Below are positions 18,928-30,693 of a stretch of 54,782 nucleotides of DNA, piece by piece. Under the pieces are notes generated by a model. It did no database searches, was not told where the DNA came from, and was given only the letters and a program-made list of their open reading frames with translations. Made by a program: the position numbers and the translations under genes. Source of the DNA: Burkholderiales bacterium (lineage in GTDB: Bacteria; Pseudomonadota; Gammaproteobacteria; Burkholderiales; SG8-41). Each line of letters starts with the position of its first letter. Position 1 is the stretch's first letter. The DNA is taken from the NCBI GenBank assembly GCA_038144955.1, contig JAYQOT010000005.1, forward strand, positions 1,751 through 56,532, given 5' to 3'.

Positions 18928-18954
18928 GGAAATCGTGGTCTGTCCCCTATTATT
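18928..18954. repeat. REP-like dispersed motif GGAAATCGTGGTCTGTCCCCTATTATT
   Basis: Resembles a short betaproteobacterial repeat (GTGGTCTGTCCCC) as I recall it; sits at the edge of the low-GC patch; only one clear copy in the window. Confidence 0.4.
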
Positions 18955-19018
18955 TGCCGGTTGTTTTTTTTGGGGGTTAAAAGGAGTACACTGATTTTAT
19001 TGGGCCTAGTGGGGGGGT

Positions 19019-19402
19019 ATGCCTAACAGCGCCACTTTATTGCAGATGTTAGACCAATGGGCTCTATGGCTGCAGATGTGTATCAATCTGCCAATAACAG
19101 CGCCCGCGTGCCGTCCAATGTGGCTGTGGGTTATGTATTTTTTATTCGAAATTGGCGTGCTTACTGCTCTCTGGGTGATCTGGAAAATAATAAGCTACAA
19201 GCTCCAATATGCGGCTGCTATAAGAGCGCAGATGGAGCGTGAGCGTGTTGCGGATGAAGAAGTGATGGTGCAGTATCGATACAAAGAAGTTGCTGACATA
19301 GAGGCGGATGTGACGGATCCGCATCTAGCTAAAAAAATTCGTGACGAATTGGAAAGGCAGCGACTAGAGCGAATGACTGGAAAACCAAATACCGAGGTTT
19401 AA
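19019..19402 (+). CDS. Hypothetical single-TM protein in low-GC patch
   Basis: 127-aa ORF with a hydrophobic stretch then a charged helical tail; AT-rich codon usage. Confidence 0.6.
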   Translation: MPNSATLLQMLDQWALWLQMCINLPITAPACRPMWLWVMYFLFEIGVLTALWVIWKIISYKLQYAAAIRAQMERERVADEEVMVQYRYKEVADIEADVTDPHLAKKIRDELERQRLERMTGKPNTEV

Positions 19403-19483
19403 TCGTCTAAGACGAATAACGCGGAACGTATGCGACAGCTTGAATAAGCTCGCCGGAGCGTAGTCGGCTATCATTGTCCCGGC

Positions 19484-19972
19484 ATGTCGATCACCGCCCC
19501 TGATTTTCGTTTCCTTTTTCGCCATCCCGCGCATTTCATCGCTTTCGGCGCCGGCGCGGGATTGTCGCCGGCCGCGCCGGGCACGGTTGGCACGCTGTTG
19601 GCGTTTCCGTTGTTTCATTATCTTGCGCCGGCGGTCGATGCCTGGACCTTTCTGCTGATTGTGGTCCTGCTGTTCTGGCTGGGGGTGTGGGCCTGCGCGG
19701 TGACCGGTCGCGCGCTGGGCGCGGCGGATCACGGCGGCATGGTGTGGGACGAGACCGTGGCCTTCCTGCTGGTGCTGTTCTTCACGCCACCGGACGGCTA
19801 CTGGCAGGCCTGCGCGTTTCTGATTTTTCGCCTGTTCGACATATTGAAGCCGCCGCCCATCCGTTACTATGACCGCATGCTGAAGAACGGCTTCGGCGTG
19901 ATGTGGGACGATTTGCTGGCGGCGGGCTACACCTTGCTGGTGCTGGCTGCGGCCTACACGCTCATCAACTGA
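19484..19972 (+). CDS. pgpA: Phosphatidylglycerophosphatase A
   Basis: G.GLSP.APGT.GT, DHG..VWDE, FRLFDI.KP.PI, G.GVM.DDLLA. Confidence 0.97.
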   Translation: MSITAPDFRFLFRHPAHFIAFGAGAGLSPAAPGTVGTLLAFPLFHYLAPAVDAWTFLLIVVLLFWLGVWACAVTGRALGAADHGGMVWDETVAFLLVLFFTPPDGYWQACAFLIFRLFDILKPPPIRYYDRMLKNGFGVMWDDLLAAGYTLLVLAAAYTLIN

Positions 19973-19985
19973 TCGCGGAGAACCC

Positions 19986-20492
19986 ATGCCGGATAAATCA
20001 CTTTACGAACTGGCGGCCAAGGTGGGCGAGGCGCTGAAGGCGCAGGGGCTGATGCTGGCCACCGCCGAATCCTGCACCGGCGGCTGGGTGGCGCAGGCGG
20101 TGACCTCCGTGCCCGGCAGCTCGCAGTGGTTCGAGCGCGGCTTCGTCACCTACACCTATATTTCCAAGCGCGAGATGCTCGGCGTCAGCCAGGACACGCT
20201 GGGCGCCCACGGCGCGGTGTCGGAGCCCACCGTGCGCGAGATGGTGACCGGGGCGCTGGCCAACAGCCACGCCCAGATTGCGGTGGCGATCAGCGGTACT
20301 GCGGGGCCCGACGGCGGCACGGCGCAGAAGCCGGTAGGCACCGTGTGTTTGGCGTGGGCGGTGAAAAACGGCGAGCCGAAAAGCGCGACGTTGCACTTCC
20401 CCGGCGACCGCGAAGAGGTGCGCCGGGGTGCTGTAAAAACTGCGCTGGAAGGAGTGCTGGAACTGTTGCCAGCAGTGATAGATGATAAATAA
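19986..20492 (+). CDS. pncC: Nicotinamide-nucleotide amidohydrolase (CinA C-terminal/PncC)
   Basis: ATAESCTGG, GSS.WFERGFVTY, HGAVSE, SG.AGP.GG..KPVGTV, GDR. Confidence 0.93.
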   Translation: MPDKSLYELAAKVGEALKAQGLMLATAESCTGGWVAQAVTSVPGSSQWFERGFVTYTYISKREMLGVSQDTLGAHGAVSEPTVREMVTGALANSHAQIAVAISGTAGPDGGTAQKPVGTVCLAWAVKNGEPKSATLHFPGDREEVRRGAVKTALEGVLELLPAVIDDK

Positions 20493-20543
20493 GTTTATGT
20501 TTTAGTTGATAAATTTGTGTTTTAACTGGCAATTTGCACACTA

Positions 20544-20559
20544 CTGTATAAATATTCAC
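20544..20559. promoter_or_regulatory. Degenerate LexA (SOS) box upstream of recA
   Basis: CTGTATAAATATTCAC vs consensus CTGT-N8-ACAG: left half perfect, AT-rich spacer, right half TCAC. Confidence 0.45.
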
Positions 20560-20640
20560 CTTTTTGCGGAAATTGTGTAATATGCGAACCGTCAGCAGCA
20601 TACAAACACTATCCGGCAAATCGTAAAAGCAGAGGACATC

Positions 20641-21714
20641 ATGGACGAGAACAAGAGCAAGGCACTGGCGGCGGCGCTGTCGCAGATCGAAAAGCAGTTC
20701 GGCAAGGGCTCGGTGATGCGCATGGGTGAGGCCGACGTGGCCAAGGACATCCAGGCGGTATCGACCGGCTCGCTGGGGCTCGATATCGGGCTCGGCATCG
20801 GCGGCCTGCCGCGCGGCCGGGTGGTCGAAATCTACGGTCCGGAATCCTCAGGTAAGACCACGCTGACGCTGTCGGTGATTGCGCAGATGCAGAAAATCGG
20901 CGGCTCAGCGGCGTTCATCGATGCCGAGCACGCGCTCGACCCGCAATACGCCGCCAAGTTGGGCGTCAAGGTTGATGAGCTGATCATCTCCCAGCCCGAC
21001 AACGGCGAGCAGGCGCTGGAAATCGCCGACATGCTGGTGCGCTCGGGTTCGGTGGACGTGGTGGTGATCGACTCGGTGGCGGCGCTGGTGCCGCGCGCTG
21101 AAATCGAAGGTGAGATGGGCGAGCCGCAGATGGGTCTGCAGGCGCGGCTGATGTCGCAGGCGCTGCGCAAGCTCACCGCCAACATCAAGCGTTCGAACAC
21201 GCTGGTGATTTTCATCAACCAGATCCGTATGAAGATCGGCGTCATGTTCGGCAACCCGGAGACCACCACCGGCGGTAACGCGCTCAAGTTCTACGCTTCG
21301 GTACGCATCGACATCCGCCGCATCGGTTCGATCAAGAAGGGCGAGGAGGTCATCGGTTCCGAGACCCGCGCCAAGATCGTCAAGAACAAGGTGGCGCCGC
21401 CATTCCGCCAGGCTGAATTCGACATCCTTTACGGAGAAGGCATTTCGCGCGAGGGCGAGATCATTGAGCTGGGCGTGATCCACAACATCATCGAGAAGTC
21501 CGGCGCCTGGTATTCCTACGGCAAGGACCGCATCGGCCAGGGCAAGGACAACACCCGCGACTACCTGCGCGAAAATCCGCAGATTGCCAACGAGATCGAA
21601 GCGCGCATCCGCGCCGCAGTCGGCGTCAACGGCGGCCCGCAGCCCAAGAAACCGGCGCTGGAAGTCGTCGAGACCGAGCAGACGACCGGGCGCAAGAAGG
21701 CCTCCGGGCAGTAA
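20641..21714 (+). CDS. recA: Recombinase RecA
   Basis: GPESSGKTT Walker [30 protein letters not shown]. Confidence 0.99.
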   Translation: MDENKSKALAAALSQIEKQFGKGSVMRMGEADVAKDIQAVSTGSLGLDIGLGIGGLPRGRVVEIYGPESSGKTTLTLSVIAQMQKIGGSAAFIDAEHALDPQYAAKLGVKVDELIISQPDNGEQALEIADMLVRSGSVDVVVIDSVAALVPRAEIEGEMGEPQMGLQARLMSQALRKLTANIKRSNTLVIFINQIRMKIGVMFGNPETTTGGNALKFYASVRIDIRRIGSIKKGEEVIGSETRAKIVKNKVAPPFRQAEFDILYGEGISREGEIIELGVIHNIIEKSGAWYSYGKDRIGQGKDNTRDYLRENPQIANEIEARIRAAVGVNGGPQPKKPALEVVETEQTTGRKKASGQ

Positions 21715-21748
21715 GCCGTTGAAGTAACTAGAGAGTGGTTTCGATCAA

Positions 21749-21897
21749 CCAGAACTCATCAAGGAAATGAGCCGATCGCAGACATGACGAGGAGAACGCG
21801 AGGCTCCGACGAGACATTACTGAAAGGTAAGGCGAGGAGGAACGTAGCGGGCGACAAAGTCATGTCAAGAGCAGGCCATTTATCTGATGAGTTCCGG
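21749..21897. repeat. Long imperfect palindromic element (MITE-like or structured RNA) between recA and recX
   Basis: Nested stems GAACTCATCA/TGATGAGTTC, AAATG/CATTT, GACATGAC/GTCATGTC, CTCC/GGAG, capped by TTACT-GAAA-GGTAA. Confidence 0.7.
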
Positions 21898-22351
21898 GGA
21901 ACCCAGTCTCAGGGCACGTGCACTTAGGCATCTGGCGCGGCGCGAGCATACGCGTCACGAACTGGCGAAAAAACTCGCGCCGCATGCCGGTACTCCGCAG
22001 GAAATCGATGAGGTGCTCGACGATTTTGCCCGGCGTGGCTGGCTCTCCGAAAAAAGGGCCGCGGAACAGATGGTGCATACGCGGCAAGGGCGTTACGGTC
22101 CGGCGCGCATCCGCCGCGACCTCGAAGCCAAAGGCGTGGCGGCGGAAGTGGTGACTGACACACTGGCGACGCTGAAGCAGGGTGAAGCCGAAGCGGTGCG
22201 GGCGGTGTGGCAGAAAAAATTCCGCGCGCCGCCGGCGAATGCTGCGGAGCGGGCGAAGCAGATGCGTTTCCTGCTCGGCCGGGGATTCAGCAGCGAGGCG
22301 GTGAGTCGTCTGCTGAGGGGTATGGCGCGGGATGGGATGGATGAGGAGTAA
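21887..22351 (+). CDS. recX: Recombination regulator RecX
   Basis: RALRHLARREH...EL..KL, G.LS..R, YGP.RI..L..KG, KQ.RFL..RGF; follows recA. Confidence 0.95.
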   Translation: MSSGEPSLRARALRHLARREHTRHELAKKLAPHAGTPQEIDEVLDDFARRGWLSEKRAAEQMVHTRQGRYGPARIRRDLEAKGVAAEVVTDTLATLKQGEAEAVRAVWQKKFRAPPANAAERAKQMRFLLGRGFSSEAVSRLLRGMARDGMDEE

Positions 22352-22353
22352 AT

Positions 22354-22725
22354 ATGGAACAGTTGAATAAAAACAATGACTTGCTGGTGTTCTGGACGGC
22401 ACTGCTGATCGCCGTGCTGCTGCTCGCCGGTTGCGACGCGCTGGGGCTGGGCGTGACACCGATCCGCGAGGTGACGGCGGCACCGGCCAATTTCGAGGGC
22501 AAGGAAATCCGTATCAAGGGCCGGGTGTTGAGCGTGACCAAGCTGCCACTGATCGACGTGAAAACCTATACGTTGCGCGATGACAGCGGCGAAATCACCG
22601 TGTCCACCAAGGGCGAACTGCCCTCCGTCAACGACAGCGTCGGCGTCAGCGGCATCGTCAAAAGCGCGGCCATTGTCGGCGGTCAGTCACTGGGTTTGCG
22701 CGTGGAGGAAGTGCGACGGTTCTGA
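22354..22725 (+). CDS. Putative OB-fold lipoprotein
   Basis: Lipobox LLAGC; beta-rich body (I.IKG.V, YTLRDDSGEI.V, V.V.G.V) typical of OB folds. Confidence 0.65.
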   Translation: MEQLNKNNDLLVFWTALLIAVLLLAGCDALGLGVTPIREVTAAPANFEGKEIRIKGRVLSVTKLPLIDVKTYTLRDDSGEITVSTKGELPSVNDSVGVSGIVKSAAIVGGQSLGLRVEEVRRF

Positions 22726-22747
22726 CCGTGCGGTAAAAAGGGTTTAA

Positions 22748-25396
<2,649 letters not shown>

Positions 25397-25399
25397 TTT

Positions 25400-26785
25400 T
25401 TAAAACGGCAAAGCCGCGCCCGGCTTGACCGCCAGCAACGCGCGACGGAAATCCGCCTGGATCCTCTGCAACGCGGATTCATCATTGGCTTCGAAACGCA
25501 GCACGATGATCGGAGTGGTGTTCGACGGGCGCGCGAGGCCGAACCCGTCGGCATATTCAACGCGCAGGCCGTCGATGGTGATGATTTCCCGGGCATCGCT
25601 GAATTTCGCCTCGGCCTTGAGCCTGTCCATCAGCGTGTAATTCTCGCCTTCGACGAGCTCCCATTGCAGTTCAGGCGTGCTGACTGAATCCGGCAATGCC
25701 TCGAGCAAAGCCGAGGGATTGGGACTGCGGCTGAGTATCTCGAGCAGGCGCGCGCCGGCATACAGGCCGTCGTCGAAGCCGTACCAGCGTTCCTTGAAGA
25801 AAATGTGGCCGCTCATCTCGCCGGCCAGCGGCGCACCGGATTCCTTGAGTTTTTTCTTGATGAAGGAGTGCCCGGTTTTCCACATCAGCGGCCGGCCGCC
25901 GTGGCGGCGCACCCAGTCGAACAGGTGGCGGGTGCACTTGACGTCAAAAATGATCTCGGCGCCGGCATTGCGCAACAGCACGTCGGCGGCGAACAGCATC
26001 AGCTGGCGGTCGGGGTAGATGATCTTTCCGGATTTGGAGACCACGCCGAGGCGGTCGCCGTCGCCGTCGAAAGCGAGGCCGATTTCGGCATCGCCCTGAT
26101 TCAGTGCGGCGATCAGGTCTTCGAGGTTTTTCGGCTGCGACGGATCGGGATGGTGGTTCGGAAAGTTGCCGTCGACTGTGCAGAACAACTCTTCGACCGT
26201 GCAGCCGAGCCGGCGGTAGAGCTCCGGCGCGGTGGCGCCGGCCACACCGTTGCCGCAGTCGACTGCAATGCGCAGCGGACGCGCCAGCTTGATCGAGCCG
26301 GCGATGCGTTCGAGATAGGCGGCGCGGATGTCGTGCGTGCGACAGGTGCCGTTGCCCGCGGAAAGATCGTTGGTGGTGATGCGTTTGCGCAGCGCCTGGA
26401 TGTCCTCGCCCGACAGCGTGTCGCCGGCGAGCATCATCTTCAGGCCGTTGTACTGCGGCGGGTTGTGCGAACCGGTGACCATCACGCCGGACAGCGTGCC
26501 CAGTTCATGTGCCGCGAAGTAGAGCATCGGCGTTGCCACCTGGCCGACATCAATGACATCGACGCCGGCGGCCTGCAGGCCGCGCGCCAGTGCTGCGGCG
26601 AGTTCCGGTCCCGAGTGCCGACCGTCGCGGCCGATGACCACGGTGCTGCGGCTGCGCGCGCGTGCTTCGGAACCGATGGCGCGGCCGATCTGCTCGACGC
26701 CGGCGGCGGTGAGGGTGTCGCCGACGATGCCGCGGATGTCGTAGGCCTTGATGATCGATGCCGGGGGGGGTGCGGGAGAGTTCAT
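25400..26785 (-). CDS. algC: Phosphomannomutase/phosphoglucomutase
   Basis: KAYDIRG, TGSHNP, DGDGDR, GEMSGH, R.SNTTP. Confidence 0.95.
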   Translation of the reverse strand: MNSPAPPPASIIKAYDIRGIVGDTLTAAGVEQIGRAIGSEARARSRSTVVIGRDGRHSGPELAAALARGLQAAGVDVIDVGQVATPMLYFAAHELGTLSGVMVTGSHNPPQYNGLKMMLAGDTLSGEDIQALRKRITTNDLSAGNGTCRTHDIRAAYLERIAGSIKLARPLRIAVDCGNGVAGATAPELYRRLGCTVEELFCTVDGNFPNHHPDPSQPKNLEDLIAALNQGDAEIGLAFDGDGDRLGVVSKSGKIIYPDRQLMLFAADVLLRNAGAEIIFDVKCTRHLFDWVRRHGGRPLMWKTGHSFIKKKLKESGAPLAGEMSGHIFFKERWYGFDDGLYAGARLLEILSRSPNPSALLEALPDSVSTPELQWELVEGENYTLMDRLKAEAKFSDAREIITIDGLRVEYADGFGLARPSNTTPIIVLRFEANDESALQRIQADFRRALLAVKPGAALPF

Positions 26786-26817
26786 TAAAATATCAATAAA
26801 AACAACAATTTATTGTA

Positions 26818-27774
26818 TCACTCTTGGGCAAGGAAGGCGAGCACTGTCTGCGCCATCCACGCCGGGGTGCCGGGAAAGCCGACATGGCCGCCGTCGTCCG
26901 GGAACAGCGCGGTGACCGCATCCGCCAGTTCGTCAGCCAGCGGCAGCGCCGTGCCCGGCAGGAACGGATCGTTGCGGGCGTTGATCATCAGCGTGGGCAC
27001 GGCAATTTTTTTCAGCAGCGGTTTGCTGCTGGCGCGGGTGTAGTAGTCATCGACGCCGGCAAAACCGTGCAGCGGTGCGGTGACCAGGTCGTCGAACTCG
27101 CGCAGTGTGCGCACGGCGTGCAGTTTCGCCGGATCGAACAGCCCCGGGTGATGCCACAGCTTGGCCAGAGATTTGCGTTTCATGGTCGCCAGAAAGTTGC
27201 GGGTGTAGAGCATGTTGAAACCGCGTTCCAGTGCATAGCCTGCGGCCATCAGGTCCACCGGAGCGGATATCGCTGCGGCGCGGCTGACCATGTCGCATGC
27301 CACCGGGCCTTGTTCGCCCAGCCACTTGAGCAGTGCATTGCCGCCCAGCGATACGCCTGCCACATGCAGCGGCGCACTGCCGCATTCTTCGCGCAGGCGG
27401 TGCAGGATCCAGTCGATCTCGCAACTGTCGCCGGAGTGATAGGCGCGTGGCAGGCGGTTGGGTTCGCCGCTGCAGCCGCGGAAATGCACCACCACGCCCT
27501 GCCAGCCGCGGCTGACAGCGGCATGCATCAGCGCACGAGCGTAATGGCTGCGCGAACTGCCTTCGAGTCCATGGAACAACACCAACTTCGGCGCAGCGGC
27601 AGCTGCAGGTTCCGCGGTCCAGTCGAGGTCGATGAAGTCGCCGTCAGGAGTATTCCAGCGGGTGCGGCGCCAGGTGACCTGAGGCTGCGCTGCGACCAGC
27701 ACCGGGTACAGCGTCTGCAGGTTGCCGCCCGGCAGCCACCAGGGGGCGCGGTAAGTGGATTGCCTGATCGTCAT
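26818..27774 (-). CDS. YheT-family alpha/beta hydrolase
   Basis: DGDFIDLDW, FHGLEGSS.SHYA, FRGCSG, YHSG, GVSLGG, NDPF, GGHVGF. Confidence 0.9.
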   Translation of the reverse strand: MTIRQSTYRAPWWLPGGNLQTLYPVLVAAQPQVTWRRTRWNTPDGDFIDLDWTAEPAAAAAPKLVLFHGLEGSSRSHYARALMHAAVSRGWQGVVVHFRGCSGEPNRLPRAYHSGDSCEIDWILHRLREECGSAPLHVAGVSLGGNALLKWLGEQGPVACDMVSRAAAISAPVDLMAAGYALERGFNMLYTRNFLATMKRKSLAKLWHHPGLFDPAKLHAVRTLREFDDLVTAPLHGFAGVDDYYTRASSKPLLKKIAVPTLMINARNDPFLPGTALPLADELADAVTALFPDDGGHVGFPGTPAWMAQTVLAFLAQE

Positions 27775-27883
27775 GGGCGAATCTTAAGCGGTAATGTGAA
27801 CGGTTTACGCCGCGTACAGGGCCGTGCCACAATGCCCTCCAGGCAGGGAAATCATGCCTGCGCAACCCAAGGATGGTGCCATC

Positions 27884-28228
27884 ATGAATGAACCTGTCGC
27901 ACAGACCCCCAGTACTGATGACTGCAACCTGGCGATGCTGGCGCACCTGCTGGGCATTGTGTCCGGCTTTGTCGGTGCGCTGATCATCTGGTTGATCAAG
28001 AAGGACCAGTCGGCATTCGTTGACGAGCAGGGCAAGGAAGCACTGAATTTTCAGATTACCGTGCTGATCGGAGTTGTCGGATCGTGGATACTGATGTTTG
28101 TGCTGATCGGCATGTTGTTACTGCCGTTGCTGCTGATAGCCAACCTGGTGTTCTGCATCCTGGCTGCGGTCGCGGTTTCCAAAGGCCAGCATTATCGCTA
28201 TCCGCTGGCGATCCGTCTGCTTAAATAA
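27884..28228 (+). CDS. DUF4870 family membrane protein
   Basis: AMLAHL, LIIWL.KKD.S.FVD.QGKEALNFQIT, YRYP..IR; start could be 27854. Confidence 0.88.
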   Translation: MNEPVAQTPSTDDCNLAMLAHLLGIVSGFVGALIIWLIKKDQSAFVDEQGKEALNFQITVLIGVVGSWILMFVLIGMLLLPLLLIANLVFCILAAVAVSKGQHYRYPLAIRLLK

Positions 28229-28240
28229 TCCGTTCGAACG

Positions 28241-28272
28241 AAAAAAAAGAGCCCCGCGCAGGGGCTCTTTTT
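28241..28272. terminator. Bidirectional rho-independent terminator
   Basis: A8-GAGCCCC-GCGCA-GGGGCTC-T5 between convergent genes. Confidence 0.9.
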
Positions 28273-28286
28273 CGTTATAACCCCGG

Positions 28287-29063
28287 TCAGTGCTTGTACG
28301 AGGGGTCGATGCGATCCAGCTTGCGCAGCAGGGCGGGCCATTCGAGCAGGCCGAAGCGGCGGCGCACGCCGGGCAGCATCAGGTTGTTGGTGTACTGGGT
28401 GACTTCCTGCGGCGGCATTTGCAGTTCAGTGTTGCACGACAGTGTCATCACCTGCAGCTGGCAGGCCCGCTCCAGGCGGTACATGTTGTTGAAGCACTCG
28501 GGAATGCTGGCGCCGACGGTCAGCAGGCCGTGGTTGCGCAGCACCATGGCTTCGCGGTTGCCGAGGTTTGCGACCAGGCGCTCGCGTTCTTCGAGGCGCA
28601 GCGCGACGCCTTCGTAGTCGTGGTAGGCGATGTCGAGGAAGCGCATCGACGACTGGGCGATCGGCATGATGCCGCATTTCATCGCCGAGACCGCCATGCC
28701 GGCCAGCGTGTGGGTGTGGATGATGCAGTCGACGTCGTGACGGGCGGCATGTACTGCGCTGTGGATCACGAAGCCGGCCTGGTTTACGCCGTAGTCGGTG
28801 GCGTTGAACAGCACGTTGCCTTCGAGGTCGATCTTCAGCATCGACGAAGCAGTCATTTCCTCGTAGAGCATGCCGTAGGGATTGATCAGGAACTCGTTGT
28901 GCGTACCAGGTACGCGCACCGAGATGTGGTTGGCGACCATTTCGATCATGCCGAATTCGGCCATCAGCCGGTAGCAGGCGGCGAGATCGACTCGGGCCTG
29001 CCATTCTTCCTTGCTGACCTGTTCATGTACCGGTTTGTTGATCTTGATCGCGGGTGCGTTCAT
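28287..29063 (-). CDS. Class II aldolase/adducin family protein
   Basis: RVDLAACYR, NHIS.R, FLINPYG, GFVIHSAVH, HTHT, LRNHG. Confidence 0.93.
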   Translation of the reverse strand: MNAPAIKINKPVHEQVSKEEWQARVDLAACYRLMAEFGMIEMVANHISVRVPGTHNEFLINPYGMLYEEMTASSMLKIDLEGNVLFNATDYGVNQAGFVIHSAVHAARHDVDCIIHTHTLAGMAVSAMKCGIMPIAQSSMRFLDIAYHDYEGVALRLEERERLVANLGNREAMVLRNHGLLTVGASIPECFNNMYRLERACQLQVMTLSCNTELQMPPQEVTQYTNNLMLPGVRRRFGLLEWPALLRKLDRIDPSYKH

Positions 29064-29154
29064 GTGGAACTCCTGGTGGCGGGGGTGCGCAGGGATTCTA
29101 CGCCTGCGGTATAGGTGTGCAAGGCACGGCTTTCACAGTCTGGACAGGTGGTGC

Positions 29155-30654
29155 TCAACTCTTTGCGTGGACGCCGGCGCTGGTGCCGGCGAGCCGGCCG
29201 AATACCGCTCCCGAGGTCAGCCCGGTGCCGCCGGGATAGTTGTGATAGAACAGGCCGCCGACCATTTCTCCGGCGGCATAAAGGCCCGGAATCGGCTTGC
29301 CGGCGGTATCTTCGACGTTGCCTTCCTGGTTGATCTTGACGCCGCCGAAGGTGAAGGTGACGCCGCAGGTCACCGCGTAGGCTTCGAACGGCGGCTGCTC
29401 GATCGTCAGCGCCCAGTTCGACTTGTTGATCTTCAGTCCCTCGGTGCGGCGACCGTCCTTGACCGTAAGGTTGAACGGCACGTCGGTGCGCACTGCCTTG
29501 TTGTAAGCGGCGATTTCGCGCAGGCAGGCTTCGGCATTGACCCCGTCTAGCTTCTTCACCAGTTCTTCCAGCGTGTCGGCGCGGACCTTGGTCACCTGCT
29601 TGATGCGGTACTCGTCGCGCAGCAGCGGGATGGTCTGCGCGTCGAAAATCTGCCATGCGAACATGCCGGGCTGGTTGAGCACTACCGCGCCGTATTTGGC
29701 GTAGGTGTAGTTGCGGATGTCGGCGCCTTCATCGACGAAGCGCTCGCCGTTGGCATTGATCATGATGCCGATCGGGTAACTGTGTTTCTGGAAGTTGTCA
29801 CCGACGGCAAGATCACCGAAAGCGGGGGCGTTCATGTCCCAGCCCACGGCATGGCAGCCCGACCAGTGGCCGTAGGGCAGCGCGCCGGCCTCGAGTGCCA
29901 TACGGATGCCGGCGCCGGTGTTGAAGCGGGTGCCGCGCACCTTGGCCAGGTCCCAGCCGGCGCCGAGGTAGCGCGTGCGCATCTCGGCGTTGGATTCGAA
30001 GCCGCCGCAGGCGAGCACCACCGCCTTGCACGGGATTTCGACGTTCTTGCCCTGGTGTTTTGCCTTTACGCCGATCACCCGGCCCTCGTCGTCCAGCATC
30101 AGGCCGGTCGCCGGGGTTTCGTAGTAAATGGTGATGCCTTCGCGTTCGCAGGCCTTGTGTTCGTTCTCGACCAGGCCGGGACCGCCGCCCCAGGTTTCAG
30201 CGGCGAGTCCGCCGAAGAACTTGAATTTGCCGCCGACTTTCATCGCCTGGCGGCCGAAGCTCGCCTGGAACTTGACGCCTTTCTTGCGCATCCAGGTCAG
30301 CGTGTCGAGGCTGCGCGAGATCAGGATTTCGCAGAGGTCGGGATCGGTGCGGTACTGGGTGATGCGGCCCATGTCGTCGTAATACTGGTCGACGGTGTAG
30401 GTGCCGAAATCGGCGCTGTCGATTTCCGCCTGGGTGAGGTCGGGGACGAGCTGTTTCAGATCCTCGACGCCGTTGAACTGCACGCGCATCGCGCCGGCGG
30501 TGTAGCGGCTGTTGCCGCCGCATTCCTCGAGCGGTGCGGCTTCCAGCATGATGACCTTGCCGCCGGATTCGCGTGCGGCCAGCGCGGCGCAGGCAGCAGC
30601 GTTGCCGGCCCCGACGACGATGACATCAGGATTGCCGAATATCGATTTGCTCAT
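29155..30654 (-). CDS. tcuA: FAD-dependent tricarballylate dehydrogenase TcuA-like flavoprotein
   Basis: VGAGNAA.CAA, GGNSRYT, LACGGFESN, G.RFVDEG.D...YTYAKYG, G.TFTFGG, GLYAAGE..GGLFYHNYPGG.GL. Confidence 0.8.
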   Translation of the reverse strand: MSKSIFGNPDVIVVGAGNAAACAALAARESGGKVIMLEAAPLEECGGNSRYTAGAMRVQFNGVEDLKQLVPDLTQAEIDSADFGTYTVDQYYDDMGRITQYRTDPDLCEILISRSLDTLTWMRKKGVKFQASFGRQAMKVGGKFKFFGGLAAETWGGGPGLVENEHKACEREGITIYYETPATGLMLDDEGRVIGVKAKHQGKNVEIPCKAVVLACGGFESNAEMRTRYLGAGWDLAKVRGTRFNTGAGIRMALEAGALPYGHWSGCHAVGWDMNAPAFGDLAVGDNFQKHSYPIGIMINANGERFVDEGADIRNYTYAKYGAVVLNQPGMFAWQIFDAQTIPLLRDEYRIKQVTKVRADTLEELVKKLDGVNAEACLREIAAYNKAVRTDVPFNLTVKDGRRTEGLKINKSNWALTIEQPPFEAYAVTCGVTFTFGGVKINQEGNVEDTAGKPIPGLYAAGEMVGGLFYHNYPGGTGLTSGAVFGRLAGTSAGVHAKS

Positions 30655-30693
30655 GTGATTACTCTGTACTTGAGTTGAAACGGTGGTTGAAGA

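Noticed and set aside
21749-21897. recA-recX element as tRNA, 6S RNA or simple terminator
   Set aside because: No cloverleaf or T-loop, no 6S-like central bubble or usual 6S context, and no U-tract after the stem
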